Shown here piece by piece: positions 33,704 to 47,672 of a DNA stretch of 64,000 nt; position 1 is the stretch's first letter, and each line of letters opens with the position of its first letter. Where the stretch lies: the NCBI RefSeq assembly GCF_046119375.1, contig NW_027362767.1:238080001-238144000 (forward strand). The letters run 5' to 3'. The position numbers and the translations under genes are program-made. The notes below the pieces were generated by a model. That model had not been told where the DNA came from and did no database searches. It worked only from the letters and a program-made list of their open reading frames with translations. Source of the DNA: Phyllobates terribilis (lineage: Eukaryota).

Positions 33704-34021
33704 AAACTCACCCGCAGCATGTCATTTTCTGTAGCGGAGTTACGGTGTATATTAGTTTAGGAGCTCCGGTCTGCTGTGTATATTTGTTTTGGGGGTCTGG
33801 TTTGCAGTCTATATTAGTTTAGGAAGTCTCATCTAGGGTCAGTATTAGTTTGAGGGGTCTTAACTATTTTTAAGTTTAGGTTCCACAGTCTGTATCAGTT
33901 AATGAGGTGTGTATTGATTTTGAGATCTGATGAAGGAGATTGTATGCACTACTTGTGATTCACATGCCTTAGATTTGGAGATGCGCTCTATATAAATACA
34001 GGGTGCATTATACACATTATA

Positions 34022-35471
<1,450 letters not shown>

Positions 35472-35542
35472 TAGAATACCTAGACAGCTTTGCTATCTGG
35501 ATCCTTTAAAGGGAACCTGTGATGTAAAAAAATGCTATCAAC

Positions 35543-36308
35543 CAGGGCCGGCTCCAGGTTTTTGTGGGCCCCGGAGGAAAGAGTCTCAGTGGCCCCTTTA
35601 GCACATACCACGATTCATGATGCACAGATACGGCGGAGAAATATAGGTATACAACACAGGTCCCAGGCTGTCCCCTCATCCTTCACATATGCAGACATGC
35701 ACACACACAGTACGCAGACACGCGCACACACAATACGCAGACACGCACAGATACATACGCATAAATATTTGAACACATTCTTAAAAACACATAAAACAGA
35801 CATAAATATATATATACACAGTCATACACACTGACATACAGGGCCGGCGTCAGCTGCTGTTCAAGCCCTGCTCTGCTTCATGCAGCAGCAGCAGTGTGTG
35901 GTCAGTGTGCTGCTGCTCCACCAGTCAGGCCCAGTGCCGTCACTTTCCAGACATGGCCGCGCGCTGTGCGGCTGTGTCTGGTAGTAATGACGTGGCAGGT
36001 GCGACACACAAGCAAAATTAAAGGTGCAGTGTCGCCCCTGCGTGTCATTGCTACCAGACACAGCCGCACATCGCACAGCGCACGGCCATGTCTGGAAAGT
36101 GACAGCACTGGGTCTGATTGGTGGAGCAGCAGCACACTGACCGTACACTGCTGCTGCTGCTGCATGAAGCAGAGCAGGGCTGGAACAGCATCGGCGGCTC
36201 TGCACAGATGCCGGGGAAGCGGCTCAGGCCCCGATAACGAGTGGGCCCCCCTGATGGTCCAGGGCCCCGGCACTTGCCCGGGTACGCCGGGTGCTGACGC
36301 CGGCCCTG
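35543..36308. mobile_element. Composite hAT MITE with an internal extra TIR and a long foldback
   Basis: CAGGGCCGGC at 35543 and again at 35839. Right end GCTGACGCCGGCCCTG. TSD CTATCAAC/CTATCAAT. Inserted into a TTAA-AGGGAACCTG (T2-type) MITE. Confidence 0.8.
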
Positions 36309-37831
36309 CTATCAATCTGCAGGTATGGTGTTAATCTGCAGGTTAATAGCGTTCTAAAGCTGATGCATGGAAGAGAATTTCGTTAAAGAGACTGCTGGGC
36401 GAAATGCGTAGGAGGAAAGGGAAAATGGGCAGATATTCATTTAGGGACCAAGATGAGGACCTAGGTTCCCATGTCAGTGCAGGGTCAGGGTTGTTAGGGC
36501 AGGGAATCTGCTGAGGTCAATGGTGATGGATAGAAAAGAGAGAGAACAGGGTTAGCAATAGGAAACTCTGAAAAAATAAGTAGTAACCCATTTTCCCGGA
36601 CGGAATTGCGCCTATTCCTCCATACCTCCTCACCCACAATGCAATTTAACTGACCAACAAATACAATTCTAGGTTTTTACTTATATTTATTTTTTTGCAC
36701 ATCTTTTAGGATTATTTTATAATAAAAGATGTATTAATTTAAAGTGATCTAACGACAGGAGAGATGGTGGTTTGGAAAATGATCCTCATATAAGAATTCG
36801 CATGTGGTCTTGTTGTAAACCACTTAGCTTTATAAACAGAGTAGAAGTAGACGGCTCCATTACTTTACATGCCAATCTGCAGTGAGCTCCCACAAGCAAC
36901 GACTTTGTTTTTTTTTTATGCTTTTTATCTTTCCAATTATAGTAAAATTGCATAAAAAGAAAAAAAAAAAAATTGCTAGTGAATTAAAAGCCATCTGTCT
37001 GTCTGTGGAGCTCATTGTCCCCTCCAAACTCTAATAACTGGGGAGGTTTTTCAGATGGTTTTGCAGCAGGAACTCATTTTCTGAGCTCTGTTCCCTCTTT
37101 CGTAGTGAGTGACACAGCCGCACGACTTCCTGTGAGATCATGTTTAGCTGCAGAAGAGGAAGAAGAGAGGAGACTGAGGAGGAGCTGAGGATGTTGCTGC
37201 CACTGCAGCTGCTGCAGGTCAATTGTGGCTGCACTTACAGTCTTAAGGTGGTCCGGCTGCAGCGGTCAGAGGTAATATGCTGCCAGCACTGGCAGGCTGC
37301 TGCATTATTGTGATTTCTAAGGGAACACATTATGCAGCCTGATGTGCAATGACTATGATTGATGTTCAGCGTCAGCCGCTAATCATTGTGCTCCATTATA
37401 TTTTTAATGCATGACCTGAGTCCGCTCACTTTTGCTTGGCAGGTGACATCACATCTTCTGATACCTGATGGGTCGGTAGCATGATTGGCAGGTACCGTCA
37501 ACCTGTTCTATTCATTACAGTGTATTTTTGTATGTTATGTGTTACCCTGTGAATGCCAGCGTGCTAGAAGTTGACCCTTTTTATGCCAGAGAGCTGAGCG
37601 TGCATGCCCGTGTTTACTGGAGCGTCACCCAGTGGAAGCTGCAAGAGGTTTGGTGTGGAAATGTAGAATGGTTTTGGGGTGCACATATTTAAAGCGATGA
37701 AAACCTTTACAGTTCCATCCAAGTTACATGTGCGGTGAGTAGAGACCATCCAGGTTCTGTCTGGTTTCTGCTTTAAGAAGAGAAAAAAAAACTCATATTA
37801 CAGAACTTCCTTTTTTTTTTTTTTAGTTCTA

Positions 37832-40334
37832 CAGTTGTGGCCAAAAGTTTTGAGACCGATGCAAATTTTGGTTTTGCTGCTTCAATGTTTTTAAAACTTT
37901 TAGTCGGATGTTTCTGACGCGCCCCCTGGGCCGTGGGGTACTCGGTGCCGGGCCAGTCGGTGCAGGGGATGTCACAGTGGCAGGGACCCGGTCCGTGACC
38001 CAGGGCGGTCAATAAAAGGGGATTATAGTTTTTACAGTTTAATGTTCGTGATGCCACCTGTGGTATGCGGCTATATGGGGCCGCCGCTGCGGTGCAGATC
38101 CTCTGGAGCTGATGGTGATGCAGCAGAGTTGGTTCAGCTCTCCACAGGCAGAGCTTAGCTCCAGGGCAGGATGTAGTGATACTATAGGGTAGATGTGGTT
38201 GGTGCTGTGTAGTGCAGGGCTGGTGATGGCGCAGCAATAATTCCAGGACACAGTGGGGTGCAGTCTTCAAGGTTTACTCACAGTTGTTGAACTCCAGGCT
38301 ACCTGGGCCAGGGTAACCTCCCACGCCGTCCTGTGTTTACCTAGGCAGGGGTTCAGCAAACTCCCAGGTGTTTCAGGAGTACATAATGGGACCCCAGTCT
38401 GTGTGCCTTCCTCGGTCGTCTTCCTGCACTGGCTCTCACCCTCCTGCCCTGCGCCTCGCAACCAGTGTCCCAAGCCGGTAACCTCGGATTTTGGCGGGCG
38501 ACCTGCAGTCCCCTGATTCCTATGTGGCTACCTTTTTAGCGATTAGTTGCGGTTGTGGGCAGCTGCACCCTGAAAGTGCAGTAGCCTCCGGTTTCTAGCT
38601 GAGCCTTGTAGTTCTCCACTAGTTAGGGGCCGGTCCCCTTTGCGGCCTGATCCCTCCACGTTCCTGCAGATTCGGGTGCACGGGTGGCTTCCTGCACTTC
38701 CCGTTCCCCTGGGATCCCCGCGCTTCTGGAGCCTTCCTCTGCTCCCTTCCTCGTCCTGCCAGTCCTCCTGGGCCTCTCAGTCTAGGCCGCTCCTCTGAGC
38801 AGAGCTCCTACAGAGCTCCTGCTCCCACTCCTTCTCCTCTCAGACTGATCTCTGACTCGACTCTCTCTCCCAAGATGGTTCCCTCTTTATATACTCCTTC
38901 TGAAGTGCTCCCCTGTACTTCTTCCTCCAGCTAGGGACCAGGGACTGTGCTCTCCCTTAGGAGCAATCTCGCCCTTCCCTCTGAAGTGGAGTGTAATGGA
39001 TGCAAGTGCGTGGGTCCCAGGCAGTACTTCATCGTTACCTGAGAGTGGGATACCACACCTCTGGATGAGATGCAGTACCTCTGTAGCGACTGAACCCGCA
39101 GGGGCGCTACATTCCTATTGTTAGTGAAGTACAGCTATAAACATTCCATACTTTTTTAGACTTTTATTGACAAATACATGAAGTTTATGTAAAGACTTAC
39201 TATTTGCAGTGTTGGCCCTTATTTTTCATGACTTCTGCCTTTCGCCCTAGTGGCTGGTTGTCGGCTTCTGCGCCAAATCCTGACTGATGACCCTTTCTTG
39301 TCTAATCAGTGCTTGAAGTTTAGCACAAATTTTGTGTTTTTGTTTGTCCTTGTTCTTAATTCTTAATGTTCTTAATTCATGGCAGTGTTCTTAAGTTAAA
39401 TTGTGAGTGATGCGCCTCCATAGAAGAAAAGCCCCCATACACACAGGGTCTCAGAATGCTTTACTGTTGGCAGACAGAGGACTCATAGTAGCGCTCACCT
39501 GTTCTTCTCGGGAAAATAATTCTTCCAGATACCCCAAACAGTTTAAAGGGGCTTCATCAGAAAAATAACTTTACCCCCATTCTTTGCAGACCAATCCCTG
39601 TACTTCCTGCACATTGTCAGTCTGTCCTTGATGTATTTCTTGGAGATATGTGACTTCTTTGCTGCCCTTCTTGACACCAGGCTAGCCTCCACCTCACTGT
39701 GTGTGCTGATGCACTGACTCCCGCCTGCTGCCGTTTCTGGCCAAGCTCTGTACTGGTGTTACACTGATCCGGTAGCTGAATCCTCTTTAGTAGTTGGCCC
39801 TGACACTTGCTTGACCTTCTTTGCTACCTGAAGTCTTCTTCACAGAAATTGAACCTCTCTCTATGAAGATCTTGATGATCCAATAAATGGTTAATTTTAG
39901 AGCAATCTCACAACTAGCAATGTCCTTGCCTCAAAAGCCCTTTTGATGCAAAGCATTGACGTCTGCAACTGTTTCCCTAGAGGTAACCAGAATAAGACCA
40001 AAGATTTCAAACACCAGCCCCCCCTTTTAAAGAAGCCAGTCTGCTCTTATAATTCAATCAGCATGGATACCACTGTGATATCAGCTGCCTTGTCCTCGTT
40101 TAAACTTAATCCTTCACTTACCAGAATATCACTGGAGTGACGTACGCAGCTCATTTTGTGGCAGGGCTGAAGTTCAGTGAAAATTAGATTTTTGGGATTA
40201 AAATAATTTTCATGGCAAGGAATGACTGCAATCTTTCACAATTCATCTCATCACTCTGCATAACAATCTAGAGTCAATGCAAATTGCCACTATAAAAAAG
40301 TGAAGCAGCAAACTTTGTGTAAACTAAAATTTGT
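37832..40334 (-). mobile_element. Internally deleted Tc1 element interrupted by a solo LTR
   Basis: TA-CAGTTGTGGCCAAAAGTTTTGAGA start. Minus-strand remnants WGKVIFSDEAP and PTVKHSETLCVWG. Decayed TIR near 40300-40334. Confidence 0.75.
37915..39111 (-). mobile_element. Solo LTR related to the 6031-13910 Gypsy family
   Basis: Minus strand TGTAGCGCCCC...GGCCCAGGGGGCGCGTCA, compared with TGTGGCACCCC...GGCCCAGGGCGCGTCA. TATATAAA near the 5' end, then a GA-rich tract and AGTAAA. TSD TTTC/TTCC. Confidence 0.82.
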
Positions 40335-41050
40335 TTTAGTATTTACAATTGTGGCTAAAAGATTTAAGACTATCACATAGCCAAATCCGGATGGACCCCA
40401 ATCAATGGTGCCCTGATTCTTCTGTTAGCATCAGTTATGCAACTGATCCATTTTACACATTAATTCCCTTCGCCTGTTCCTAACTCATTACAGCGCAGAA
40501 TTCCTGAACCCAATCTAATAAGCTTTTTGGGAAACTTTATCAGTTACTGAAGGAGTTATCAGTTTAAGACCCGGCAAAAATTGGGCAAAATATATGAATC
40601 TAGTGCCTGTGGCATGATAAATTTCACACACTTCTCTTTTTAATGTCATCTAAATCATTTATGTAGGCTCAAAAAGTGTATAAAATCCATGATAAAATTT
40701 GCACACACATGATTTTGGTTATCTGGATGTTTTAGCCTAACACATAATTTATGACTATTTGAAATGTTTCCAAATTTTTGCAGATATTCCTATCGCATAA
40801 ACTGATTGCACATCACTAGGATATGCCATCACTTTATGATTTTGGGGAGGGTCCGATCTGTCGGACAACCGCTGATCCTCAGAATGAAAGGGCTGCAGTA
40901 CTGATTCATTGCTGTCACTGTTTTTCAATGCATCAGATGAAGTGTTAAATACAATTGTAATGTTTTCAGTATTTTATGCTGTTATTATTGGCAAATTATA
41001 TTCCAATATTTCATTTTTTGAATTTTTTTTTTATAGTGGACTACAAAATA

Positions 41051-42556
41051 ATGGAGGGGCTTACATCCTGCCTGAGTGACATGCTGGACAGCGTGAAGGT
41101 AGCACAAGCCAAACTGGACAACAGCCCATTTTCCATGGGAGAATTCTTGAAAAAAGTGGGCATCTCAAGTAATCAGCCAACCATAGTGATGGGTCGCAAG
41201 CAATACAAGTGCGACTTGTGTCAGCGTTGCTTTTCAGACGCTTCCAACCTGAGGCGCCACAAGAACATCCACACAGGCCTGAGGCCATATGTGTGTGATA
41301 TATGTGGCAGCAGCTTTCGTCAAAAGTCCCAGCTGGACCGCCACCATTTGGTGCACACAGGCGAGCGACCTTATCGTTGTCCCTTTTGTACGAAGGGATT
41401 TAGAGACTCTACCGAGCTGAGGATTCACTTTCGGGTGCACACAGGCGAGAGGCCTTACAGTTGTCCTATCTGCCAAAAGAGCTTTTCCCGTATCTGCTAT
41501 ATGAGGAGACACAAGGAAAAGCATGCAAAGATGTTAGTACAGGAACCCGAAAACTGTAATTTAGTCACACCCGCTAATGAGAATGAGGAGATTCCTCAAG
41601 AATTTCAGTGTTCCTACTGCAGTAGATCATTTAAAACCAAGAAAGATCTTGATGCCCATCGTCCTGTGCATTTAAAGATGGGACCTGCGGGGCAAAAACT
41701 TTACGAATGTGTCGAATGTAAGAAGTGCTTCAACAATTCCTCTAATCTAAGAAAGCATGTGGTCATACATACAGGGAAGAAACCTTTCACCTGTAACATC
41801 TGCAATCAATCTTTCCGGCAGGCCACACACCTTCAGCGCCACTACTTGGTCCATACGGGTGAGAGACCATTCAAATGTTCTATATGCCAGAAAGGTTTTC
41901 GAGATACCAGTGATTTGTTAAAGCATCAACGTGTTCATACTGCTGAAAAGCCTTATCAGCGCCCCATCTGGCATAACGCTAGAATACAAAGACAAAGGCA
42001 TTTGGGTGAAGGGTTCAGGCCTGAGGTCAACCCTTTGTCTACACCTCAGTCCATGTCTACTATGAATGAAAACTCTTATGGTGTACGGAAGGAAGAAGAG
42101 AGCCCAAGTGCCAAAAAACATTGGAAAGATGATGACCCTGTACAGGGCAGGCACATTAAAGACAATTTAAAATGCAGTCTATGCGCCAAGTATTTTACCC
42201 GGATTTCAAGCCTCCATCGCCACTACTTGATGCATACAGGTTATCGCCCTTTCAGTTGTCCTATTTGTAGCAGGTCTTTTCAACAGCTCACACACCTCCA
42301 CCGACACAAGCAGATCCACACCAGAGACCAACGATACCACTGCACTACCTGCCGGAAAGCTTTTCGAGAATCCAGTGATCTCTTACATCACCAGCAGGTC
42401 CATACAAAGGATCGATCGGACAGTTGTCATCTGACTTATTCTCAGATGCCTTACCTAAAGTCTCATCACATAAGTCACGGACGGGAGGCCTGCGAGGAAA
42501 GTGAGACTTTGGTAGATTTTGACGATGGCAACTCAATAGAAGTTGTGTTGGTCTAA
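41051..42556 (+). CDS. C2H2 zinc-finger protein (501 aa, 11 intact plus 2 degenerate fingers), single coding exon
   Basis: Polypyrimidine-TAG acceptor at 41035-41036 and ATG at 41051 (the ORF track's upstream extension is intronic). CX2C...HX3H fingers with TGE(R/K)P linkers. No KRAB, SCAN or BTB domain in this exon. Confidence 0.92.
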   Translation: MEGLTSCLSDMLDSVKVAQAKLDNSPFSMGEFLKKVGISSNQPTIVMGRKQYKCDLCQRCFSDASNLRRHKNIHTGLRPYVCDICGSSFRQKSQLDRHHLVHTGERPYRCPFCTKGFRDSTELRIHFRVHTGERPYSCPICQKSFSRICYMRRHKEKHAKMLVQEPENCNLVTPANENEEIPQEFQCSYCSRSFKTKKDLDAHRPVHLKMGPAGQKLYECVECKKCFNNSSNLRKHVVIHTGKKPFTCNICNQSFRQATHLQRHYLVHTGERPFKCSICQKGFRDTSDLLKHQRVHTAEKPYQRPIWHNARIQRQRHLGEGFRPEVNPLSTPQSMSTMNENSYGVRKEEESPSAKKHWKDDDPVQGRHIKDNLKCSLCAKYFTRISSLHRHYLMHTGYRPFSCPICSRSFQQLTHLHRHKQIHTRDQRYHCTTCRKAFRESSDLLHHQQVHTKDRSDSCHLTYSQMPYLKSHHISHGREACEESETLVDFDDGNSIEVVLV

Positions 42557-44197
42557 CTGGTGTCATAATCAGGAAAAATCTACATTTTGGATTGGTAATT
42601 TGTATAGTTGAGCAAAAAAAGATTCGTCCTGTCCAGTCTGGTCCTCCATGGCAGTCTTCACTTCATCGGCCATGATATTGGGTGCCTCTGATGTTTAGTA
42701 GGTCCATGACATCGGGGAGCTTAGCAAACCCTGGCCGTAGAATTGAAGTCTGCCCTGGTCTGGGAGCCACAGAGGACGTTGTGTGATGGCAGTTCGAATT
42801 TTATTCCTCCTCTCTAAAAATTTTCACAGATTGTAGAGGAAGATACTTTTCCTGTTAATGACAAGTTCATTTAGCCACAAATACTCATAGGTTCTTGCTT
42901 CTTCCATCATTTTCAAGATGGCTCTACTGGGACCTGTTTGTTGATGTTTGCCACAGCTTTTGGCACAGCTCTAAATCACCAACTTGACCTTCTAACACAT
43001 ATATAATAGGTGTCAGAAAAACGCAAATTTTATGCATCCTCATAACATTGTATAACAACATATTTTTGGGATAGGTCATTTCGATGTTATCATTGGGGGT
43101 CAGAATCCCGCAATCCTCACCAATAAGCAGAACGGTCCTTTATTGAGGTGCCGGGATTCTGACCCCCACCAATTTGATATTGAGGATCTATCCTAAGAAT
43201 AAGTTATCAAAACCCTTATGATAGGACCTTCAGAAGAGTAAATTGGTAGTTATCAGGGTAAACACTAGGTACCATGCTTGTTAAGCCAAGTGTAGTACTC
43301 TGTGACTGTACATACTGGAGCTAGAGTTTGCACAACTATTGATACCCTTCGAGGTTATCCGGGATTTTTTTCTTTATGTTAAAGTAATAACATACAAATA
43401 AATGTAACTATTCAATCCATCCCTTACTGCAATGACATCACATCTGTTATTCACGAGACCTCTACATCTCATAACTGACCTCAGCAGTCACAGTGATTGG
43501 CTGCAGCGATCACGTGAATGATGGATGTGACGTCATCACTGCAGGACCGGTGGGCAGCAACAGCGGATTGAACAAGGTAGGCCATGATAAGTTTTTTATT
43601 ATAACATATTTCCAGCTATTATACCTATATTTTCTTATCCCAAAGGATCCCTTTCCACTAATTCAGTGGATTACCCATTGTGAGAAAAATTGGTCATGAA
43701 TCTTCAGTCGTCCCAATAAAAAACTTGAAGGTTTTAAGTTTTTAGGTGTTTTTTTTTTTACTTTACACAAAAATGTTTATCATTTCAAATATGTAATTTT
43801 TTCCATCAGTCGTCAAGAAATATAAAACCTGTGCTTCTAAGATTTCCAAACAATTTCTTTATATAGACAAAATGGACACAATCCTTTACTATAAAAGTTT
43901 CCTGACCCTGCGGTATCACTGGATCGTTTTTCATCATCACTTTCCTCTCTTGTCTCTGTATAAAGAATAGTCAACTAGGAGCCATGTTTGCGGTATCTAA
44001 ACTGGAGATTTTGACATTTTATGTCTGTACATGTAGATTCAAGTTATTGCTGTAGAACAGAAATGTATATTATAAGACAATAATAAAATTTTTATCCAAA
44101 ACCTGCGTAGACAATTGTGAGAAAGAAATGGCATACGTAAGCTGGCGCCATAATTATTAGCAGGTTCACATTCATTTTATATTAAGGTTCAGTTTAA

Positions 44198-44827
44198 AGA
44201 TGATCTGTTACCCGCTTTTATTTTATTCCCGCTGTTCCCCTGAGTATTCCGCTTTTTATTTGTTTTTAAAATCCAACAAACGGTTCCAGAGATATGGGCC
44301 TTTATATTCAGTGCTAGTTTTTATTGTCTTTACTAGGGTTGAGCGAGTATGTTCTGTCCGAGTATGCTCGGGCCGAGCTCCGAGTATTTACAGCTGCTCG
44401 GTCATAAGCATGATTTGCATGATTTGCAACTGTTTGGCAGCTTTATTACATGTGAGGAATGTGTAAGAAATAGACATTCCTCACATGTAATAAAGCTGTC
44501 AAACAGTTGTAAATCATGCACACGGGAGCGATTCAACCATATCACCGAGCAGCTGTAAATACTCGGAGCTCGGCCTGAGCATACTCGGCGAAAGGGTTAA
44601 TACAACATACTCTCTCAACACTAGTCTTTACCAAAGGGGTGATGTTCCCTGAGTAATTATGCAAAGCAGCTGAAAGACACGTCCCAGAGGATCCTATGAG
44701 CCACACATCCTTAGTAAACAGCTCCATTGCATTTGACGGATTAAAAAAAAACAAGAACACACAGGGGAGCGCCAGGAATAAATTAACAGCAAAATCTGGC
44801 CACTTATGACCCGGTGACAGGTCCTCT
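44198..44827. mobile_element. Kolobok/T2-type MITE hosting a hAT MITE
   Basis: TTAA at 44194-44197 and 44828-44831. Ends AGATGATCTGTTAC / GTGACAGGTCCTCT. Confidence 0.65.
44334..44623. mobile_element. Foldback hAT MITE
   Basis: TAGGGTTGAGCGA...TCTCTCAACACTA. Perfect 8-bp TSD GTCTTTAC. Near-complete palindrome. Confidence 0.9.
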
Positions 44828-45605
44828 TTAATTTATACGAAAGTTATGGATAATATTTCACCCGATTTGCAGATTTATTATCAATAAAATACATAATGTC
44901 AGGAAATTCCCTATATGAACCCCTTCACGACCTTTGACAAACCTATAATTCATGGTTGGGTAGGGGTTCCCGACCCTTGACGTATAGGTACATCATGGCG
45001 ATCGTGCATGGCACAGGAGCTGTGAGATCGCCACCGGGAGTTCGGCTTAAGTGATAGCTGAGCCCCAGTCATTACAGCCAGGAGCGGTGCCCACATTGCC
45101 CCGTGATGTTTAACCCCCTAAATGATGTGAATGACATTGATCACAGCATTTGGGAGGCTAGGAGAGGGGAGGGGACTTCCTCTCCATCCCAAGTGGCGCC
45201 CACGTGACTTCATCGCGAGGGCCTGATTGTTGTCATGGCAGCTCGAGGTCGTCATAATGACTTCTGGGTCTGCCAGCTACTGTAGACTGTTTAGACCAGT
45301 CCAGTGGTGGCGAACCTATGGCACGTGTGGGCATGCGCGCCATCTCCTCAGTACTGCCGCCACAGCCACCACTCTCCTCAGCCCGCGCGCCATCTCCCTC
45401 ATCACTAGCACAGCGGCCGCTCTCCTCTGCACACACGCTGTCCCATCTGTCTGTGCATGTGCGGAGGAGGGTGAGGAGATGGCGTGTGAGCTGAGGAGAG
45501 TGGCAAAGGTCGCGGCAGAACTGAGGAGATTGCGTGCGCGCCCACAGGTAGGACGGTGATATATGAAGAGACCAAATCAGCTTTGGAGCGGGCAGAGGTG
45601 AGTCA

Positions 45606-46140
45606 GTATACAGTATGGAGGACTATGTGGGGCCATTATACTCTATGGAGGACTATGTGGGGCCCATTATACTCTGGAGGACTATGTGGGGCCATTATAC
45701 TCTATGGAGGACTATGTGGGGGCCCATTATACTGTATGGAGGAATATGTGGGGCCATTATACTGTATGGAGGACTATGTGGGGCCATTATACTCTATGGA
45801 GGACTATGTGGGGCCCATTATACTCTATGGAGGACTATGTGGGGCCATTATACTCTATGGAGGACTATGTGGGGGCCCATTATACTGTATGGAGGACTGT
45901 GTGGGGCTCATTATACTGTGTGGAGCACTATGTGGGGCCCATTATACCGTATGGATGACTATGTGGGGGCCATTATACTGTATGGAGGACTATGTGGGGC
46001 CCATTATACTGTATGGAGGACTATGTGGGGCCCATTATACTGTATGGAGGACTATGTGGGCCCCATTATACTGTATGGAGGACTATGTGGGGCCAGTATA
46101 CAGTATGGAGGACTATGTGGGGGCCCATTATACAGTATGG
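45606..46140. repeat. 30-31-bp minisatellite, about 17 copies
   Basis: Unit TGGAGGACTATGTGGGG(G)CCATTATACT(C/G)TA, clearly related to the 17804-18431 unit. Confidence 0.95.
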
Positions 46141-46500
46141 GGGTGATTTATGGTATGGCTAAGGGGTGATTTATGGTATAGCTAGGGGGTGATTTATGGT
46201 ATGACTAGCCGGTGATTTATGGTTTGACTAGGGGTGATTTATTGTATGACTAGGGGGTGATTTACTATGGGGGGTGATTTATGGTATGGCTGGGGGGAGA
46301 TTTACTATGGGGGGAGATTTATGGTATGGCTGGGGGAGATTTATTATATTGCTGGGGAGGAGATTTATTATATTGCTGGGGGGGGTTATTGTATGGCTGG
46401 GGAAGATTCATTATATTGCTGGGGGGGGATTTATTGTAAGGCTAAGGGGAAGAATTAGTGTGGTGGGGTGTGGGGGGAGATTTATTGTATGGTTGGGGCA
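46141..46500. repeat. Degenerate repeat of about 21-bp units, GGGGTGATTTAT(G/T)GTATGGCT
   Basis: Directly visible, grading into GGGGAGATTTATTATATTGCT. Confidence 0.8.
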
Positions 46501-47336
46501 GAGATTTAGTGTGGGGAGAGGGGTGGGAGAGATTTTGTCTGTGGGTGATTGGTGCGGACACAGAATGGGGAGAATGGGTGCGTGCGCAATATGGGGAGCG
46601 AAGGAGGGGAATGTATGCGGACACAGTATGGGGAGCGAGGGTGATGTGATGTGTGCAGAGAAAGTATGGGGAAATGGGAGGATGTGTGAGGGTAAATATA
46701 TGAGGAGATAGTATGGTTAGCAGGGGGGGATGTGAGAGAAGACAGTATGAGGAGGAGGAGGGGAGGGGGAAATAATGGGGGAAGAAAAGTGTGAGTGGGC
46801 ACAGAATAGAGACTGAGTAGTGTTGGGGGTGTAGTATGGGGGGACAGTGTAAGGCCACAGCCAGGAAGGGATAGTAAGCCAAGAAGGGGGAGTGTGATGA
46901 GGGGTCACAGTATAGAGAATGGGCCCTACAGGGGGGACACAGTGTGAGAGGACAGTGTGAAGAGGAGCCCCAGTATGGAAAGGAGAGGGCAGTGTGGAGG
47001 GCATGTACCATAAGAGGGACAGTGTGGGGTGATATTTTGTGCAGGGAATATAGTGAGGGGCAATTATTTATTCAGGGGTTCAGCGTAGGGCAGGTATTTT
47101 TATTCAGGAACATTATAATGCTTAAGGGCATCGTGTGGGGATGTGCTGCAGAAGACCGGAGAAGATGGAAGTCTGCAGAGACGGCTGTGGATGGGAAAAG
47201 TCATCATGACGTCTGGACAAGATGAAGAAGAAAGAGAACGACTCCAGAGACAATGTCATCTATCAAGTACGTGGATGTAAATGTTTTTTGTGATACTGAC
47301 TAATTCTCATATTTTTATTTATGTTAGGAGCGTTAA

Positions 47337-47672
47337 AGGGGTTGTTTAAGTTTGTGATGAGACTGCAGTCATACTATGCAACTGCAGGCTTCTGAATTCT
47401 CACAGTGCGCACTGCACGCTGTCAGGATTCTCTGGTGCCGGCGATTTGTATACTTGCGATCACATGCTGACTAGACATGCGTGGCCTCACTCAATGACAA
47501 TGAATTGAGCGAGGTCAGACAAGTCTAGTCGGAATGTGGCCAGAAGTATACAAATCACATGCTTGTACAAGGCAGAATCCTAAAGGCGTGCAGTGCATGC
47601 ACTGTGAGAATTCAGAAGTCTGCAGTCACATAGAGTGACTGCAGACTTTAATCTCAATCCTGGACGAGCACT
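47337..47672. mobile_element. Kolobok/T2-type foldback MITE
   Basis: Flanked by TTAA. Long inverted arms (GACTGCAG...GAATTCTCACAGTGC / GCACTGTGAGAATTC...CTGCAGTC). Confidence 0.7.

Noticed and set aside
36395-36420. Second hammerhead-like half-site (GGCGAAATGCGTAGGAGG)
   Set aside because: Only the 3' half resembles the motif. There is no CUGANGA-like core or stem I partner upstream.
40976-41050. N-terminal extension of the zinc-finger ORF (MLLLLANYIP...)
   Set aside because: Reads through an intron polypyrimidine tract and the acceptor at 41035-41036. The ATG at 41051 is more plausible.
45556-46169. 196- and 184-aa Tyr/Gly-rich ORFs
   Set aside because: Minisatellite translation.
46442-47011. 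189-aa Pro/His/Ser-rich minus-strand ORF
   Set aside because: Low-complexity G-rich repeat interior.
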